Origin: Mobula hypostoma
Lineage: Eukaryota
Direction: 5' to 3'
Assembly: GCF_963921235.1 (NCBI RefSeq)
Contig: NC_086118.1
Span: forward strand, 20,772,001-20,836,000
DNA length: 64,000 nt
The notes below the pieces were generated by a model that did not search any database, was not told the DNA's origin, and worked only from the letters and a program-made list of their open reading frames with translations. Positions within the stretch are counted from its first letter, which is position 1. Every line of letters begins with the position of its first letter. Made by a program: the position numbers and the translations under genes. Below are positions 1 through 13,980 of the stretch, piece after piece.

Positions 1-424
1 TCAAAAGTTAAACTAATATTTTTAATGAAAACATGCATGTTAAAATACTTATATATAATATTATAGCCTGTCTGTAATCACACTCTTGTGACATATTTCT
101 GTACAGATATTTGGTCCTAAAGAACTCTGTAATTTATTGTTCTATGAAGAAATAAATAACTCATCGCTGTGATGATTGTACGTTCTAGTATCAATTGTTT
201 GGTGACAATAAAGTATAAAGTATAAGAAGAGTTACACTTTTGCACCTGTTTTTAAATAAGACAGTGCATAGCCTTGAGTTTAGTTTTACTAATCCATACC
301 TGTAATTATGTTTGCAGCTGCAGCTTACAAATACCTGTTCTGATAAACTATTTACCTGGGTGGGGTTAACTTTTGAGACATTTGTTTCAACTGCTACTAA
401 CAGGTTTCTGAACAGGTATCTTTG

Positions 425-1092
425 GAAACATAGAAACATAGAAAACCTACAACACAATACAGGCCCTTTGGCCCACAAAATTGTGCTGAACTTACCTTAG
501 AAATTTCTAGGCTTACCCATAGCACTCTATTTTTCTAAGCTCCATGTACCTATCCAAAAGTCTCTTAAAAGACCCTATCGTATCCACCTCCACCAGCGTT
601 GCCGGCAGCCCATTCCATGCACTCACCACTCTCTGAGTAAAAAAAAAGACACTTACCCCTGACATCTTCTCTGTACCTATTCCCCAGCACCTTAATCCTG
701 TGTCCTCTTGTGGCAACTATTTCAGCCCTGGGAAAAAGCCTCTTGACTATCCACACGATCAATGCCTCTCATCATCTTATACACCTCTATCAGATCACCT
801 CTCATCCTCCATCACTCCAAGGAGAAAAGGCCAAGTTCACTCAACCTATTCTCATAAGGCATACTCCCCAATCCAGGCAACATCCTTGTAAATCTCCTCT
901 GCACCCTTTCTATGACTTCCACATCCTTCCTGTAGTGAGGCGACCAGAACTGAGCACGGTACTCCAAGTGGGTTCTGACCAGGGTCCTATATAGCTGCAA
1001 CATTACCTCTTGGCTCCTAAATTCAATTCCACGATTAATGAAGGCCAATACACCTTCTTAACCGCAGAGTCAACCTGCGCAGCTGCTTTGAA
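425..1092 (-). mobile_element. CR1-type LINE 3' fragment
   Basis: ORF2 C-terminus LQLYRTLVRTHLEYRAQFWSPHYRKDVEVIERVQRRFTRMLPGL...TRGHRIK...FFTQRVVSAWNGLP; short tandem-repeat tail (gaaacata)n. Confidence 0.9.
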
Positions 1093-2491
1093 CACCAAAA
1101 CCTTTAGAACCTAAAAAAAAATCTGCTGATATAAAAACTTGGCAGCGAGTGTTGGCATTGATTTAAAAGTAACCTGAAGGGAAATTGAATGACTGTTCAA
1201 TCTTCTTCATGGAACATACCTGTCTCAACAGATACCTGTCAGTAGATCAGCTGTGCACAAAGATCTCCTAAGTTTTGAATCTATATCTCTGTTGAGTGTT
1301 AATATCAGGTAAGGCATTGGAAAACCCAACCACTATTACCTGTCACAGCACTCAGTAGATTTGGCTGTGATTATTGCTTTTCATCACCTCTTAAGTAATT
1401 CTTGCTTTGGGATGGGGAATTGAAAATAAAAGCTACTTAAGCAAACAATAATGAGTTGTTCATCAGCCAGGTCCCAAGGATTATGAAGAGTAAGCAACAG
1501 CTAGTCAAAAAAGAATGAGGAATAACCTATGTGGGTTTCTTTCTTTGACCACATGCAATCACTGGATCTATGCCATGACATTTATTTGATTATGATGACC
1601 ACCCTTTGTAATAGCGGGCCGAGTCTTTTATAGAAGAAATTTTTCTAAGAATTTCAGTGACAATGTTGAGTGTATTGTCTGATAACTTGCAGATGAACAT
1701 AAAAATGATTCTTTACGCTAAGTCAACTGAACAAGCAGCAGATGTAGCATGCTTGAATAAATAAGAAGAATGGACATTGTTTTAAAGAAATTTCAGATTC
1801 TATTAAGGAACACTTTAAAATATCAAATATTTGGTAAGATCCCTTTGGTCTCTGTTTATTACTCTTGCCCAGTCTTCTGTCAATATCAAAATAATATCAC
1901 CCCTATAGATATAAGCAATACTCATTTGGTTAACATATTCCGGGCCCACATAAACTAAACATGTTTTTATAAGATCACTGGTATGATATTTTGTGATTCC
2001 TTCAATTTGATTAGAATTACAACAAAATTGAAACTAGTTTTTATACTATTTATAAAGACTGATTATTTATGCTTCCTAAATTTTGACCCATTCCATTTTC
2101 CGTGCAACTCACGGGCTGGTGAAATGCTCATCCTTGGTTTTGTTACTTGTAGACTTAACAGCACCTATGCTCATCTGGGGAGTCTCTAAGCTTAGATACA
2201 ACGTAAACTTATTTAAAACTTATTTAAATTTCATTTCAATAAATCATCACCACTGTGTTTTTAATGTACATTAAATTAAGTTGGCAACACCTTCATTTCC
2301 CGTTTTTAGATACCTCTGAAGCCTCTTGCTTTCTTGGCATAGCATTCAGCCCCACAATTTTTAAGATGTATATTTCTCTACTTGTGTACAAGTCTTCAGC
2401 TGTTTAGGCACTAACTAAATCTTTCAGCCTGAATAATTTTCATTTAGATGGAGTGAAAATATAAGATAGATTTTGCACTCTTACAAATATT

Positions 2492-2871
2492 CCAGCAATG
2501 GAAAAGAGACTAGAAGCAGCTGAATTATGGTTCTGCAGGAGAATGTTAAAAATATCATGGACCACACACACATCAAATGAAGAAGTTCTCAGAAGAGCAC
2601 AAGCAGTTTGATCACTCATACCAACAATAAGAGAAAGACAACTCAGATTCCTTGGACACATCATGCGGAGAGATGAACTAGAAAAACTCATACTCTCTGG
2701 AAAGATTGAGGGGAGCAAACCTGGAGGAAAACCTCGGCTTATGTACATCAAAAGCATAGCCAGGTGGCTACACATCGAGGAACTGGAAGTCATCCAAAAA
2801 ACAAAGGATAGATCTATATGGAAAACCATGGTCACCAAAGTCTGCATCCGATATGGTACCTAAACAGACAG
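2492..2871 (+). mobile_element. RTE-clade LINE 3' fragment with 9-bp TSD
   Basis: Encodes ...FLGHIMRRDELEKLILSGKIEGSKPGGKPR...; (CAGA)n tail; TSD acaaatatt at 2483-2491 and 2872-2880. Same family as 56082-57527. Confidence 0.85.
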
Positions 2872-3263
2872 ACAAATATTTAGGGGCGAAGGCATGATGT
2901 GCATGTATTCTTTATAGTTTTCAATGAAAACAAAACAGAAATTCTTTCTTTTAACTTGTATTTCAAATGATAGAGGCAAAGCTTACTTCTACTCTCAACT
3001 GCTTTTTAATTGATGTGATCAAAAATTTTGTTGAAGAGAAATACAACAAAATCTTTAACACATCTGAAGTTTCATGCTGTATTCCTTCAGAAGCCTCAGT
3101 TATACCAGAACCAGCTTGTCACAAGAGGAAAAGCTCAAGAAAAATTCTCACTTTTTCCTGATTATTGCTCAAAAGTGTGGATTTGTTCCTTTTTCATTAA
3201 TGTGGATAAAAGAGGATAATTGTACAAATATATTTTAAAACTGTATTTCTTGTTTATTTGCAG

Positions 3264-3309
3264 GCTCAGTTGTTCAAACATGGGAAGAGAGAAGACTTTT
3301 TACCCTATG
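3264..3309 (+). CDS. TBCD: TBCD internal coding exon (46 nt; equivalent to human exon 8)
   Basis: ttgtttatttgcag|GCT...TATG|gtatga. Translates AQLFKHGKREDFLPY, matching the recalled TBCD segment AQIFKHGKREDCLPY. Phase 1 end joins the next exon in frame. Confidence 0.93.
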
Positions 3310-5005
3310 GTATGAGAGCGTAGTTTGTACATATTTTAACTATACAGGGACATGACGTAATTATAACATAATAAAATTATACTTTACGTGATATTGTAAG
3401 GTTAAAACAAGGTCTTAACGCTTATTTTTGTATTTTGCTAATGTGATCTGTTATATTTGGGGACCCATATAATGTAAAATACTTAAGATATTGAATCACA
3501 ATTTTGCTTCATGTTTTTCAGTCGTAATTGTCAATGATTATTAGTGTTTAAAAACTATATTAAATACTTTACATGAGTTTTAGTTTATAAGTCAAGGATT
3601 AAATTACTGTATATTACAATTGAGAAAAATCCATTGCAGTGTTACCATGTGCAAGAACTTGAATCATTGTTTAAAAAGAAAATTAGGAGTTCAGCCCTTC
3701 ATTTTTTGTGCCATCATTCAAAGTAATTAGGCTAATTCTGATTATTATATATAATCGCTTTCTTCCCATAATTCTTGGTATTCTCATCTCACTCCTGAAT
3801 GTTTTATCACCTAGTTTGTGACTGTGACCCTGGACAGTTCTAGACAGCCCCAGCAAAGGGAAATAGTCTCCTCACATTTAACCTTTGAGCCCTGTTAGAA
3901 TTGTGTGCATTTCATATATTTATTTCTTCTATAGTTTAGTGAATATAACCTTTTTTCTTAATGGGCAATAATTCCACCCCAGAGATTGATCTAGTGAACC
4001 TTTGTTACAAATACATTTGTATTTGGCCAAGGGAGCCAAGGTTGCACACATTAATCGAGGTGAAGGCTTTTGAAGTCACTGCGTAAATGTAGTAAGACAT
4101 TCTTGCATCTATTACTCAGCGTCACTTGCGATGCAGGCCATTTGTGATGTTAGCTCCTTGCTTCAACTGTATATTTTCTTTTGGTAACATATATGTATAA
4201 GTATACCTAGATTCCTTTGTACTTAAATGTGTCTCAGTTTACTATATTTAAATAATATCTATCTTTTCTTTTTCCCTATCCAAGTAGATGATTTCACATT
4301 TATCTGCACAGTACTGCATCTGCTCTGCTCATGTACTTATCTATACATTTATCTTTGCCAAATTGCCTTGAAGGGCATTTACATCCTTCTCACAACCCCA
4401 CCCAGTTTTATGTTGTTAGGCACACCTAGAAATATTCAGTTTTTTCATCTAAATTATTAATATACATCGTACTTTAAGCATTTCTCCCTTCAATACCCTA
4501 CTAACCACTGCCAACCACTCTGAAAAAGATTCAAGCTGTGCGAACACTAGGAAATTGATTATTCTCTACCTTGGCTCTTTTTGCATGTATCTCAGGCAAG
4601 TTAGATGAATTCAAGGCATCAATGTGCTTAAACCAAAACAAAAATGATAACATAATTCTTTTAGTATGCTAAAAACTGTTTTACTCAGAGCTTTGTGAAC
4701 ATTCTTACAGAAGGAGAAAGAATGTGATAATAATCTAAGATATTAGAGGGAGATGATTAAAATTTTGCAATTAATATGTTTTGTTACATTTCTATGGTGA
4801 CCTCATGGGAAAAAATAAGTTTAGGAATTGGATCCAGCAAACTGAACCCTTTCCTGCCATTTTGGGGCCTAATAAGAAAAGAATGTACAGAAAGAAAAAT
4901 TGGAGTACATGAATGTGGTAAAGAGGTTCAGTTATGGAGAAGGTTTTGTAGATGCATGGGAGAAGATGATTAAGATCTTGGTATAAAAAAACAACAGAAG
5001 TTTTA

Positions 5006-6912
5006 GACTATAAGATATAGGAGCATAATTAGACCATTTGGCCCAGTGAGTCTGTTCTGTGATTTCATCATGGCTGATCCATTTTTCCTCTCAGCCCCAA
5101 TCTCCTGCCTTCTCCCTGTATTCCTTCATGTCCTGAACAATCAAGAATCTGTTAACCTCTGCCTTGTATATATGTAAAGACTTGGACTCCACAGCTACCT
5201 GTGGCAGTGAATTCTACAGATTCATGACTCTGGCTAAAGCAATTCCTTCTCATCTCCATTCTAAAAGGATGCCCTCCTATTCCAAGGCTGTGTCCTCTGG
5301 TCCTATACACTCCCATCATAGGAAACAAGCTCTCCAAATCTATTCACAGAGGTCAGACTAACTGGCCTATAATTTCCTTTCTTCTGCCTCTCTCCCTTCT
5401 TGAAGAGTGGAGTGGCATTGCAATTTTCTAGTCTTCCGAAACCTTTCCAGAATCTAGTGATTCTTGAAAGATCATTACTAATGCCTCCACAATCTTTTCA
5501 GCCACTTCTTTCAGAACCCTGGGGTTTATGCCATTTGGTCCACGTGACATCTACCTTCATACCTCTCAGTTTCCCAAGAACCTTCTCCCTAGTAATGGCA
5601 ACTGCACACACTTTTGACCCTTGACATTCTGGAACTTCCACCATACTGCTAGTGTCTTGCGCAGTGAAGACTGATGCAAAATACTTACTTAGCTCATCTG
5701 TCATTTTGTTGTCCCCCATTACTACCTCTTCAGCTTCACTTTCCAGTGGTCTGATATTCACCCTTGTCTTTCTTTTACATTTTATGTATGTGAAGGAACT
5801 TTTGGTATCCTCTTTAATATTATTGGCTAGCTTACTTTGGTGTTCTATCTTTTCCTTCTTAATGGCTTATTAGTTGTCTTCTGTTGGTTTTTAAAAGCTT
5901 ACCAATCCTCTAACTTCCCACTACTTTTTGTTCCATTATATACCCTCTCTTTGGCTTTTATGTTGGCTTTGACTTCTCTTGTTAGCCATGGATGTGTCAT
6001 TTTGCCTTTAGAATACTTCTTACTCTTGGGCATGTATATATCCTGTGCCTTCCAAATTGCTTCCATAAATTCCAGCCAGTGCTGCTCTGCCATTATCCCT
6101 GCCAGTGTTCTTTTCCAATGAATTTTGTCCAACTCCTATCTCGTGCCTCTGTAATTCCCTTAACTCCACAGTAAACTGATACATCTTCTTAAATTTCAGG
6201 GTGAATTCAATCACATTACGATCACTTGCCCCTAAGGGTTTTTTTTACTTTAAACTCTCTAATCAATTCTGGTACATTGCACAGCACCAAATCCAGAGCA
6301 GCTGATCACCTCGTGTGCTCAACTGCGAGCTGCTCTAAAAAGCCATTTCTTAGGCATTCTAGAAATTCCCCTTCTTGGGATTTAGCACCAACCTGATTTT
6401 TCTGATCTACCTGAATATTGAAATCCCCCATGACTATTGTAACATTGCTTTTTTGACATGCACTTTCTACCTCCTGTAGTAATTTGTCAACCACATCCTT
6501 ACTACTATTTGGTGGTCAGTATATAACTCCTATCTTTATACCCCTGCAGTTTCTTAGCTCTATCCCTGCAACGATTCAACACTTTCCAATCCTGTTTTAT
6601 CTCTTTCTAATGACCTGATTTCATTGATAACCAACAGAGTCATACCACCCCCTCTGCCTACCTGCCTGTCCTTTCAAAACAATGGGTATCCTTGGACATT
6701 AAGCTCCCAGCTATAATCTTATTTCAGCCATGATTCAGTGATGCCCACAATGTCATACATGCCAATCTGTATCTGTACTTCAAGCTCATCTATCTTATTC
6801 GGTATACTGCGTGCATTCAGGTAAAACTCCTTCCGTCCTGTATTCACCCTTTTCGATGTTGTACACCTTTTACATTGCAACTCATCCTGTGACTGCAGTT
6901 TTGCCCTATCAG
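5006..6912 (-). mobile_element. CR1-type LINE, degenerate, internally deleted near 5345 (APE region to 3' end)
   Basis: Fragments VTIVMGDFN, PWLTREVK, LSKYFASVFT and TRGHSL...; tail (tcttatag)-like. Same family as 37127-40139. Confidence 0.88.
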
Positions 6913-7327
6913 CAGCTGAAGAAGCTGCCTATATAGCAGAACAACTAATCTTGCTTGAGAAAGAGGAAAAATGCTATAATAAGTTGCTCAGAGGCTGCTT
7001 GTTTGACAATCTATTGATAATATTTTTGGCTGTGTAAAAAGAACTTTGGAGGCCATGTTCTTGTGAATATAAAGGTATCTGAAACTGAACATAAAAGTTT
7101 CTGAAACTGAATAACTCAGGCTTGTGAATGTGTCTTTTGATTTGAATGACAGTACATGAGCAGAAGTTATTTTTCTCATTTGATGAATCTACCTCTATAT
7201 TTTATTGAGTAATTTGATCCCATCATGTTATGACTTTGGCCGCCAATGCTATCAAAATTATAGTTCTTACGTTGTGTAAGAGACTTCAACTGTGTCATGC
7301 CTCCCAAAAACAAATCTTTTGATCAAC

Positions 7328-8170
7328 AGACACACAAAATGCTGGAGGAACTCAGCAGGCCAGGCAACATCTATGAAAAAGAGTATTGTTGATATTTTGG
7401 GCCAAAACCCTTCAACAGGAGCAGAGAAAAAAAGTTGAGGGGTAGATTTAAAGGGTGGGGGGAGGGGTAAGAGAAACACAAGTTGATAGGTGAAACCTGA
7501 AGGGGGAGGGATGAAGCAAAGAGCCTGGAAGTTAATAGGTGAAAGAGACAGAGGCCATGGAAGAAAGAAAAGTGGGGAGGAGCACCAGAGGGAGGCGATG
7601 GGCAGGCAAGGAGATAAAGTGAGAGAGAGAAAAGGGGATGGGAAATGGTGAAGGAGAGGTGGGGGTGGAGGGCATTACCAGAAGTTTGAGAAATCAGTGT
7701 TCACATCATCAGGTTGGAGGCTACCTAAGCGGAATATAAGGTGATGTTCCTCCAACCTAAGTTTGGCCTCATCACGGCAGTGGAAGAGGCCATGGATGGA
7801 CATATCGGAATGGGAATGGGCAGTGGAATTAAAATGGGTGGCCACTGGGAGATCCCACTTTTTCTGGTGGGCGTGGGTGCTCGGCAAAGCGGTCTCCCAA
7901 TCTATGACGGGTCTCATCAATATACAGGAGGCCACATTGGGAGCACTGGACACAGTATATGACCCCAACCGACTCACGGATGAAGTGTTGCCTCACCTGG
8001 AAGCACTCTATAGGGCCCTGAATGGTAATGAAGGAGGAGGTGTAGGGGCAGATGTGGCACTTGTTCCGCTTGCAAGGATAAGTGCCAGGAGGGAGATCAG
8101 TTGGTCTCCCTCCTTCCTACGTGACTCCCTTGTCCATTCGTCCCTCCCCACTGATCTCTCTCCTGGCACT
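7328..8170 (-). mobile_element. Penelope-like element fragment (GIY-YIG end plus terminal repeat, short inverted 5' piece)
   Basis: PVATHFNS...LRLEEHHLIFRLGSLQPDDVN is the C-terminus of a PLE GIY-YIG endonuclease. Degenerate hammerhead remnant at about 7387-7420. Segment 8101-8170 is inverted (8081-8100 is the reverse complement of 8151-8170). Confidence 0.82.
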
Positions 8171-8557
8171 AGATTCACTAAAAGGTTTTTGTTTCCCATT
8201 TTTGAATCAGGTTACTAATTTGATGACCTGATGTTTTCTTTCCTACAAGGGAGCCCACAAGGTGTACTTGTACTGATGCCATCTTACTTATTCTGATTGC
8301 CTAGCTATTAATGAAATTGTTTAAGTTAAATTAAAGAGTCATACAATGTTGAAATGTGCTCTTTGCACTGAGTCTGTGCCCACCCTCACTCCAACATAAA
8401 TACTATTTTATTCTCCCTATTCTCCCTACATTCCCTTTGGCTCCCTGCATTTGACTACACACTAGGGACAATGTACAGTGGTAAATCAATGTACAACTGA
8501 CATATCTTTAAAATATGAGATGCAACTGGAGTAGCTGGGGGAAGTCACGGTAACAGG

Positions 8558-9161
8558 GTGTTAGGCCCTTTGTTGGTCGGGTTGACCACAGATGTTGTGA
8601 CCTAGCTGTCTACATTGTTGTTGCAGTGCTGTCAATCAGTATGCAAGCCAGGGCAGTATGATATGGAGAGTAAGCTGACGCCCATTCAGCAGATTTCCTC
8701 TCCATGCAGCTAATGAGTTCAAATCAATGGTAGAGACCGATACAATTGGCACCAGTGGCGTAGGAGTTGCCAGTTAGCGTTTAACTCAACGTAGGACTGT
8801 CTTAGGTACTCGAGTTCCTAATTTTTCCTTGGGGGTTACTCCCGAAGCTTTTGCTATGAATGGGTATAGCCACAATGCAGTGGAGGCTTGAGGTCAAAGT
8901 TTTCCTTCTCCTAGGTGAGCTGTCACCCACACCTGATGAGCTGCATCTGCCCAAAGCAACTAGTAACCTGCCTCTGACCTTTCTCCTGTCAATAGAAGCA
9001 GTTCTGCTGAGTTTTGTAACTAAGCCACACGTGAAGGCCAGGAACTGGACTTGGCTGTCCGAGACTATTTGAGATGCACACCTTGGAAGCATTTAATAGG
9101 TAGTGGGAGCTTATTCTGACAATACCTCTCTCCAACCCCGGCTATGACAATCTTAACGAAC
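8558..9161. repeat. Unclassified interspersed repeat inserted into a tRNA-derived SINE (SINE halves at about 8335-8557 and 9162-9265, - strand)
   Basis: Imperfect 12-bp duplication cacggtaacagg (8546-8557) / cacagttacagg (9162-9173), with SINE-like sequence resuming after it. Family not identified. Confidence 0.55.
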
Positions 9162-10199
9162 CACAGTTACAGGAAGAACATACAAAATCCACACAGAGAG
9201 CACAGGGGTCAGGACTGAACTCATATTGCTGGTGTTCTGAGGCTGCAGCTCTGCCAGCTATGTTCGAGGTTGTCAAACCAATGACTTTGCGTGCCAGACT
9301 TTCAGCCATTGGGGATCAAAAATGCTCACCTGTAGTTTTTGCATTTTAGTCTCAAGGGTACACAATTTTAGGGAAAGCACTGTCATAGCAGTTGATGTTG
9401 GTAACTAAGCAGCAACTTTGGCAGTTTTCTGTGGAATACAACTGCTCTCCTCTGAGTTTAAGCTTGTTTTGATATCTGAATTAAAATCAATAATTTTTAT
9501 GTTTAAGACAGAGATTGCAGTGAGGTTAAGCAAATTAACCACAGCACCTTAGCACAGGGCATTCTTCAATTTGAGAGAATGAGTAGGAACGAAATAGTGT
9601 GAAGGGACTGTATAAGCTGTTTGATTGGAATGGGCTTCATATCAATTGGACTAAGACTTTATTGCAGTGAATTAAATACTCAGCACTTCAGCTAAGATTG
9701 TACACTAACAAGTGGTGGTAGGGAAATAAATTGTTCTAATCATGAGAAATGTGGAAAATGAGAGATGCTGTGATGACAGTATGATAGAAAGTTTGGGTAA
9801 TTATAATTTGAATGTGTCAGGAAGGGATAGAGAAAACACATTCAGTGTTAATTCTGATACAGAAGGATGGCACTTGATAAATTGAGCCTGTATTGGCTCT
9901 CAGACTAATCCTATCAATCCCATTCTTCCACTTACTTCCTTGTAAACTATTCTGTCTCACAGTTCCATCAACTCCACTCAATTTTCTTATCAGCCATGAT
10001 ACCAGGGTAATTTGCAGTAGCCAATTAATTTAGCAATCAGCACATCTTTGGGACATGGGAAAAAGCCAAAGCACCTAGAGGAAACTGGTATCATCACAGA
10101 AAGAGTGCAAATATGATACAGGTCACATTGAAGGTCAGGATCAAGCCTGGGTTGCTTGAACACAAGGCAGCAACCCTATTAATTTGCTGCCCCAATATC

Positions 10200-11715
10200 T
10201 CCCCAATTAGAGTCAGACTAGGGAAAGAAGGGTGAAAAGAGAAGACTGAAGTATGTTTATTTGAGTTCATGCAACATTTAGGTCAAGGGAGGTAAATTAA
10301 TAGCAGAAAGAGAAATAACTGGATTTGAACTAATAAATGTTACAGATGACCAAGAATTTGAATGAAATATTTGAAGATATATTTAGAAGGGTTAAATAAA
10401 ATGGAAAATTGTAGCCTCGACAATGGGAAGAATCCTAATCCAGAAAATCAAGAAGTAGAATTGGTTCAACTGGAGTTAGCCAACAATAAGTACCAAAATA
10501 TTATTGGTGAGAATAGTGCATAAATCCCACAGCTGTAGTTGATGTAAGTCAGAAAATTAGACAAAGATAATACAATAATCATAGGCAACTTTATTCTATA
10601 TATTGTATATTTGGTAAAGGAAATTGCCTGTTATGCTGAGGCCAGACTGTGGTGTGCACATGAGATAGGTGGTTTCTAGTTGAGTATGGTGAAGACCTGA
10701 GTGTGGAATAGGCCAAATGTGTTAATTGATAATCTCCTTATTAAAGGATCTTGAGTAAAGAGTGATCATTGTATGATGAATTTTAGATAAAAATCAACAG
10801 TAATTTAGTTTAATCTGAGACCATTGACCTGGCTCCAAACAAAACAAGCTGCAAAGGTATGAAGCACAAGTAGCAGGAATAGATGTTAAAAGGTATGATG
10901 GCATCAAGTAATTGTTAACATGAAATGAATTAAAATATTGCCTACAGATATATATCCTCTTATGGCATACCAGCCCAATGAAAAATATGTTCCAATTATG
11001 ATTAACAAGATCAAAGAAGGTTTATAATTTTGCAGTAAATGATAACTAGGTTGGGACGGAAAATATTTTGGAGCTAAGCAGCGAAAGTCTAGTACATTTA
11101 TGTGGGAATGGAGAACAGGATGTGAGAGTAGCATTACAAGAAACAGCTATTGTAAATATCTTAAAAACAAAGGGAAGACTAGGATAATTTAGGTAGCTCC
11201 CTTATAGAAGAAAAATGTATTGCGGAATATGCAAATATTGGAGGAATTAAACATTATGTTCGTCAGAGAAGAGAACATTAAAATCTACTTGAAAATAATG
11301 GGGAATGATTGGAATTGAAAGAATGAAGAACTAAAAAAAAGATTGAGGGGGATAAAACAAAGTAATATTGGAAAAATTAATAGGAATTAAAATGCTAAAA
11401 TTCAGGACCTGATGGCCTATATCTCAAGGTTTTGAAAAGATAGAACTGAATATAGTGGATGCAATGGTTGTCATCTTCTAAAATTCCACAGTTTCTAAGG
11501 TGGAAGGTGGTAAAATTAACCACCCTCTATTTTAAAATAAGTGGGGGGAGAGAGAGGGAGGGAGAAAGAGAGAGAGAAAATGAATGAGAGAATATTGATT
11601 TAATTGAGGTCAACCCTACTAGTCTATATATATATACACACACACATATATATATATATGACTTCAGACTAGTAGGGTTGACATCAATTATCAAGAAAGC
11701 GTGCTGATTCATTTT
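10200..11715 (+). mobile_element. Old, highly decayed CR1-like remnant with internal (GA)n and (TA)n/(CA)n microsatellites
   Basis: Patchy similarity to the CR1 ORF2 copy at 37-40 kb (e.g. aggacctgatggcctatatctcaaggttttgaaa; agtgatcattgtatgat). Confidence 0.5.
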
Positions 11716-12273
11716 TAAGAAAGTGCCGATATCAAGAACCAGTTAAGATACAGCAAGGGGTGTGGAAACACATAACATTCCCACCACTTTTCTTACTCCT
11801 CTGTTCAAGTAAATTTATATCACTGGCATCTACCTGACTCTGGAAATTTCTTACAAATATCCCACTCACAAGCATCAGGACAAATCCAGTTTAGCTGATT
11901 ATTACCTTGTCAATCTAGTCCCAACTATCAAAGGGCTGTAAGGGGCATTTATCTATAACTTCCTTATACTAATGCCTATTTCAGTTTCACCAAGACTACT
12001 GGCCTCCAGATTTTATCACAGTCTTGGTCCAAATACCTGAATTCCAGAAGTGGGGTGAAAATGACTGTCCTCGACATTAAAACAGAATTTGATGGAGTAC
12101 AATATTAAGGATCTCTGTTAAATCTGAAGTCTGACTATGGATGTGGTTGTGGTTGGTCAGTCATAGGGCATTAGAGTTGCCTAGAACATTGTCCAAGGTC
12201 AAACCAGCTTCATTTATTTCCATACATGACCTTCCATCATAAAATCATACATGGTGATGTTCCTTGTCTAATT

Positions 12274-12885
12274 AGTCATTGTCATAGTCATACTTTATTG
12301 ATCCCGGGGGAAATTGGTTTTCGTTACAGTTGCACTATAAATAATAAATAGTAATAAAACAATAAATAGTTAAATAGTAATATGTAAATTATGCCAGTAA
12401 ATTATGAAATAAGTCCAGGACCAGCCTATTGGCTCAGGGTGTCTGACCCTCCAAGGGAGGAGTTGTAAAGTTTGATGGCCACAGGCAGGAATGACTTCCT
12501 ATGACGCTCTGTGTTGCATCTCGGTGGAATGAGTCTCTGGCTGAATGTACTCCTGTGCCCACCCAGTACATTATGTAGTGGATGGGAGACATTGTCCAAG
12601 ATGGCATGCAACTTAGACAGCGTCCTCTTTTCAGACACCACCGTGACGGAGTCCAGTTCCATCCCCACAACATCACTGGCCTTACGAATGAGTTTGTTGA
12701 TTCTGTTGGTGTCTGTTACCCTCAGCCTGCTGCCCCAGCACACAACAGCAAACATGATAGCACTGGCCACCACAGACTCATAGAGCATCCTTAGCATCGT
12801 TCGGCAGATGTTAAAGGACCTCAGTCTCCTCAGGAAATAGAGACGGCTCTGACACTTCTTGTAGACAACCTCAGTGTTCTTTGTC
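12274..12885 (-). mobile_element. Rex1/Babar-type LINE 3' fragment (relatively young)
   Basis: MLYESVVASAIMFAVVCWGS...LIRKASDVVG...SHPLH...PRCNTERHRKSFLPVAIKLYN is typical of the Rex1/Babar C-terminus; AATAAA followed by an (ATGACT)n tail. Confidence 0.85.
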
Positions 12886-13214
12886 TTAGCTTTTCATGGG
12901 AGGATAACCCTTTCATTGCAAGAATTACTATACTGAATTGCTCTGGACTGCTTCTAATGCTACTATTCTATTGGAGCAGTATTTTCTCAGATAAGCTATA
13001 TAAAAACGATTCCTGATAATCTCACCACAGGTAATTCCTTTGTGTGGCACCTTTGTAAGTTGGATCAGTTAAATTAATGTGCAGATTAAAATCACTCAGG
13101 TTTATTGCAGTTCCCTTTCACGCCTACGTATGTCCCCATTTCTGCTTTGGTCCTTCCATGAGCCAATACTTAAGGGCCTGTGGACCATTCCTACCCACAT
13201 CTGCCTAACTGATT

Positions 13215-13980
13215 CTGGACTTCAGAAAGGGTAAGATGATTGAACACACATCAGTCATCATAGAGAGATTAGAAGTAGAAAGAGTGAGCTATTTCAAATT
13301 CTTGGATGTCAATATCTCTGAAGATCTAACATGAACCCAATGTATTAATGCAGCTACAACAAAGTAGGCACAACCGTGGCTAAATTTCATTTGGAGTTTG
13401 AGAATATTTGTTATGTCTCCAAAAACACTGGAAAATATCTACAGATGTAATGTGGAGAGCATTCTAACTGGTTGCATCACTGTCTTATATGGAGGGGGTA
13501 GGCTACTTATATGGAGGGGGCTCAGGATTGAAGTAAGCTACAGAGAGTAGTAAAATTAATCAGCCCCATCATGGGCAATAGCCTATGTAGCATTTGAGAC
13601 ATCTGCAAGGAGTGGTACCTCAAAAAGATGGTGTACATCATTAAGGACACGCATTACCCAGGTCATGTCCTGTTCTCATTGCTACTATCAGGAGAAAGAG
13701 ATACAGAAGTGTGAAGGCACACACTAAATGATCCAGGAACAGCTTCTTCCCCTCTGCTGTCTGATTTCTGAATGGAAATCCAATCAATGAACACTACCTC
13801 ACTACTTTTAAAAAAATTTCTATTTATGTATTAATTATTTAATTTATGTCTCTCTCGCTCTCTCTCTCTTTCTCTAATTCAGTTCTTTCTGTTTTATATT
13901 ATAAAGTATTGTATTGTACTGCCGCAAAGTCGACGAATTTCACAACCTATGGTGGTGATCATAAACCTGATTCTGATTCT
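13215..13980 (+). mobile_element. Older Rex1/Babar-like LINE 3' fragment
   Basis: Decayed VERVSYFKFLDVNISEDL / YRCNVESILTGCITV motifs; ends ataaacctgattctgattct. Confidence 0.7.

Noticed and set aside
1..3263. Preceding TBCD exon
   Set aside because: No TBCD-like translation recognised. It is presumably upstream of the window.
8932..8960. CTGATGAG as another hammerhead
   Set aside because: No properly placed GAAA box or stems follow it.
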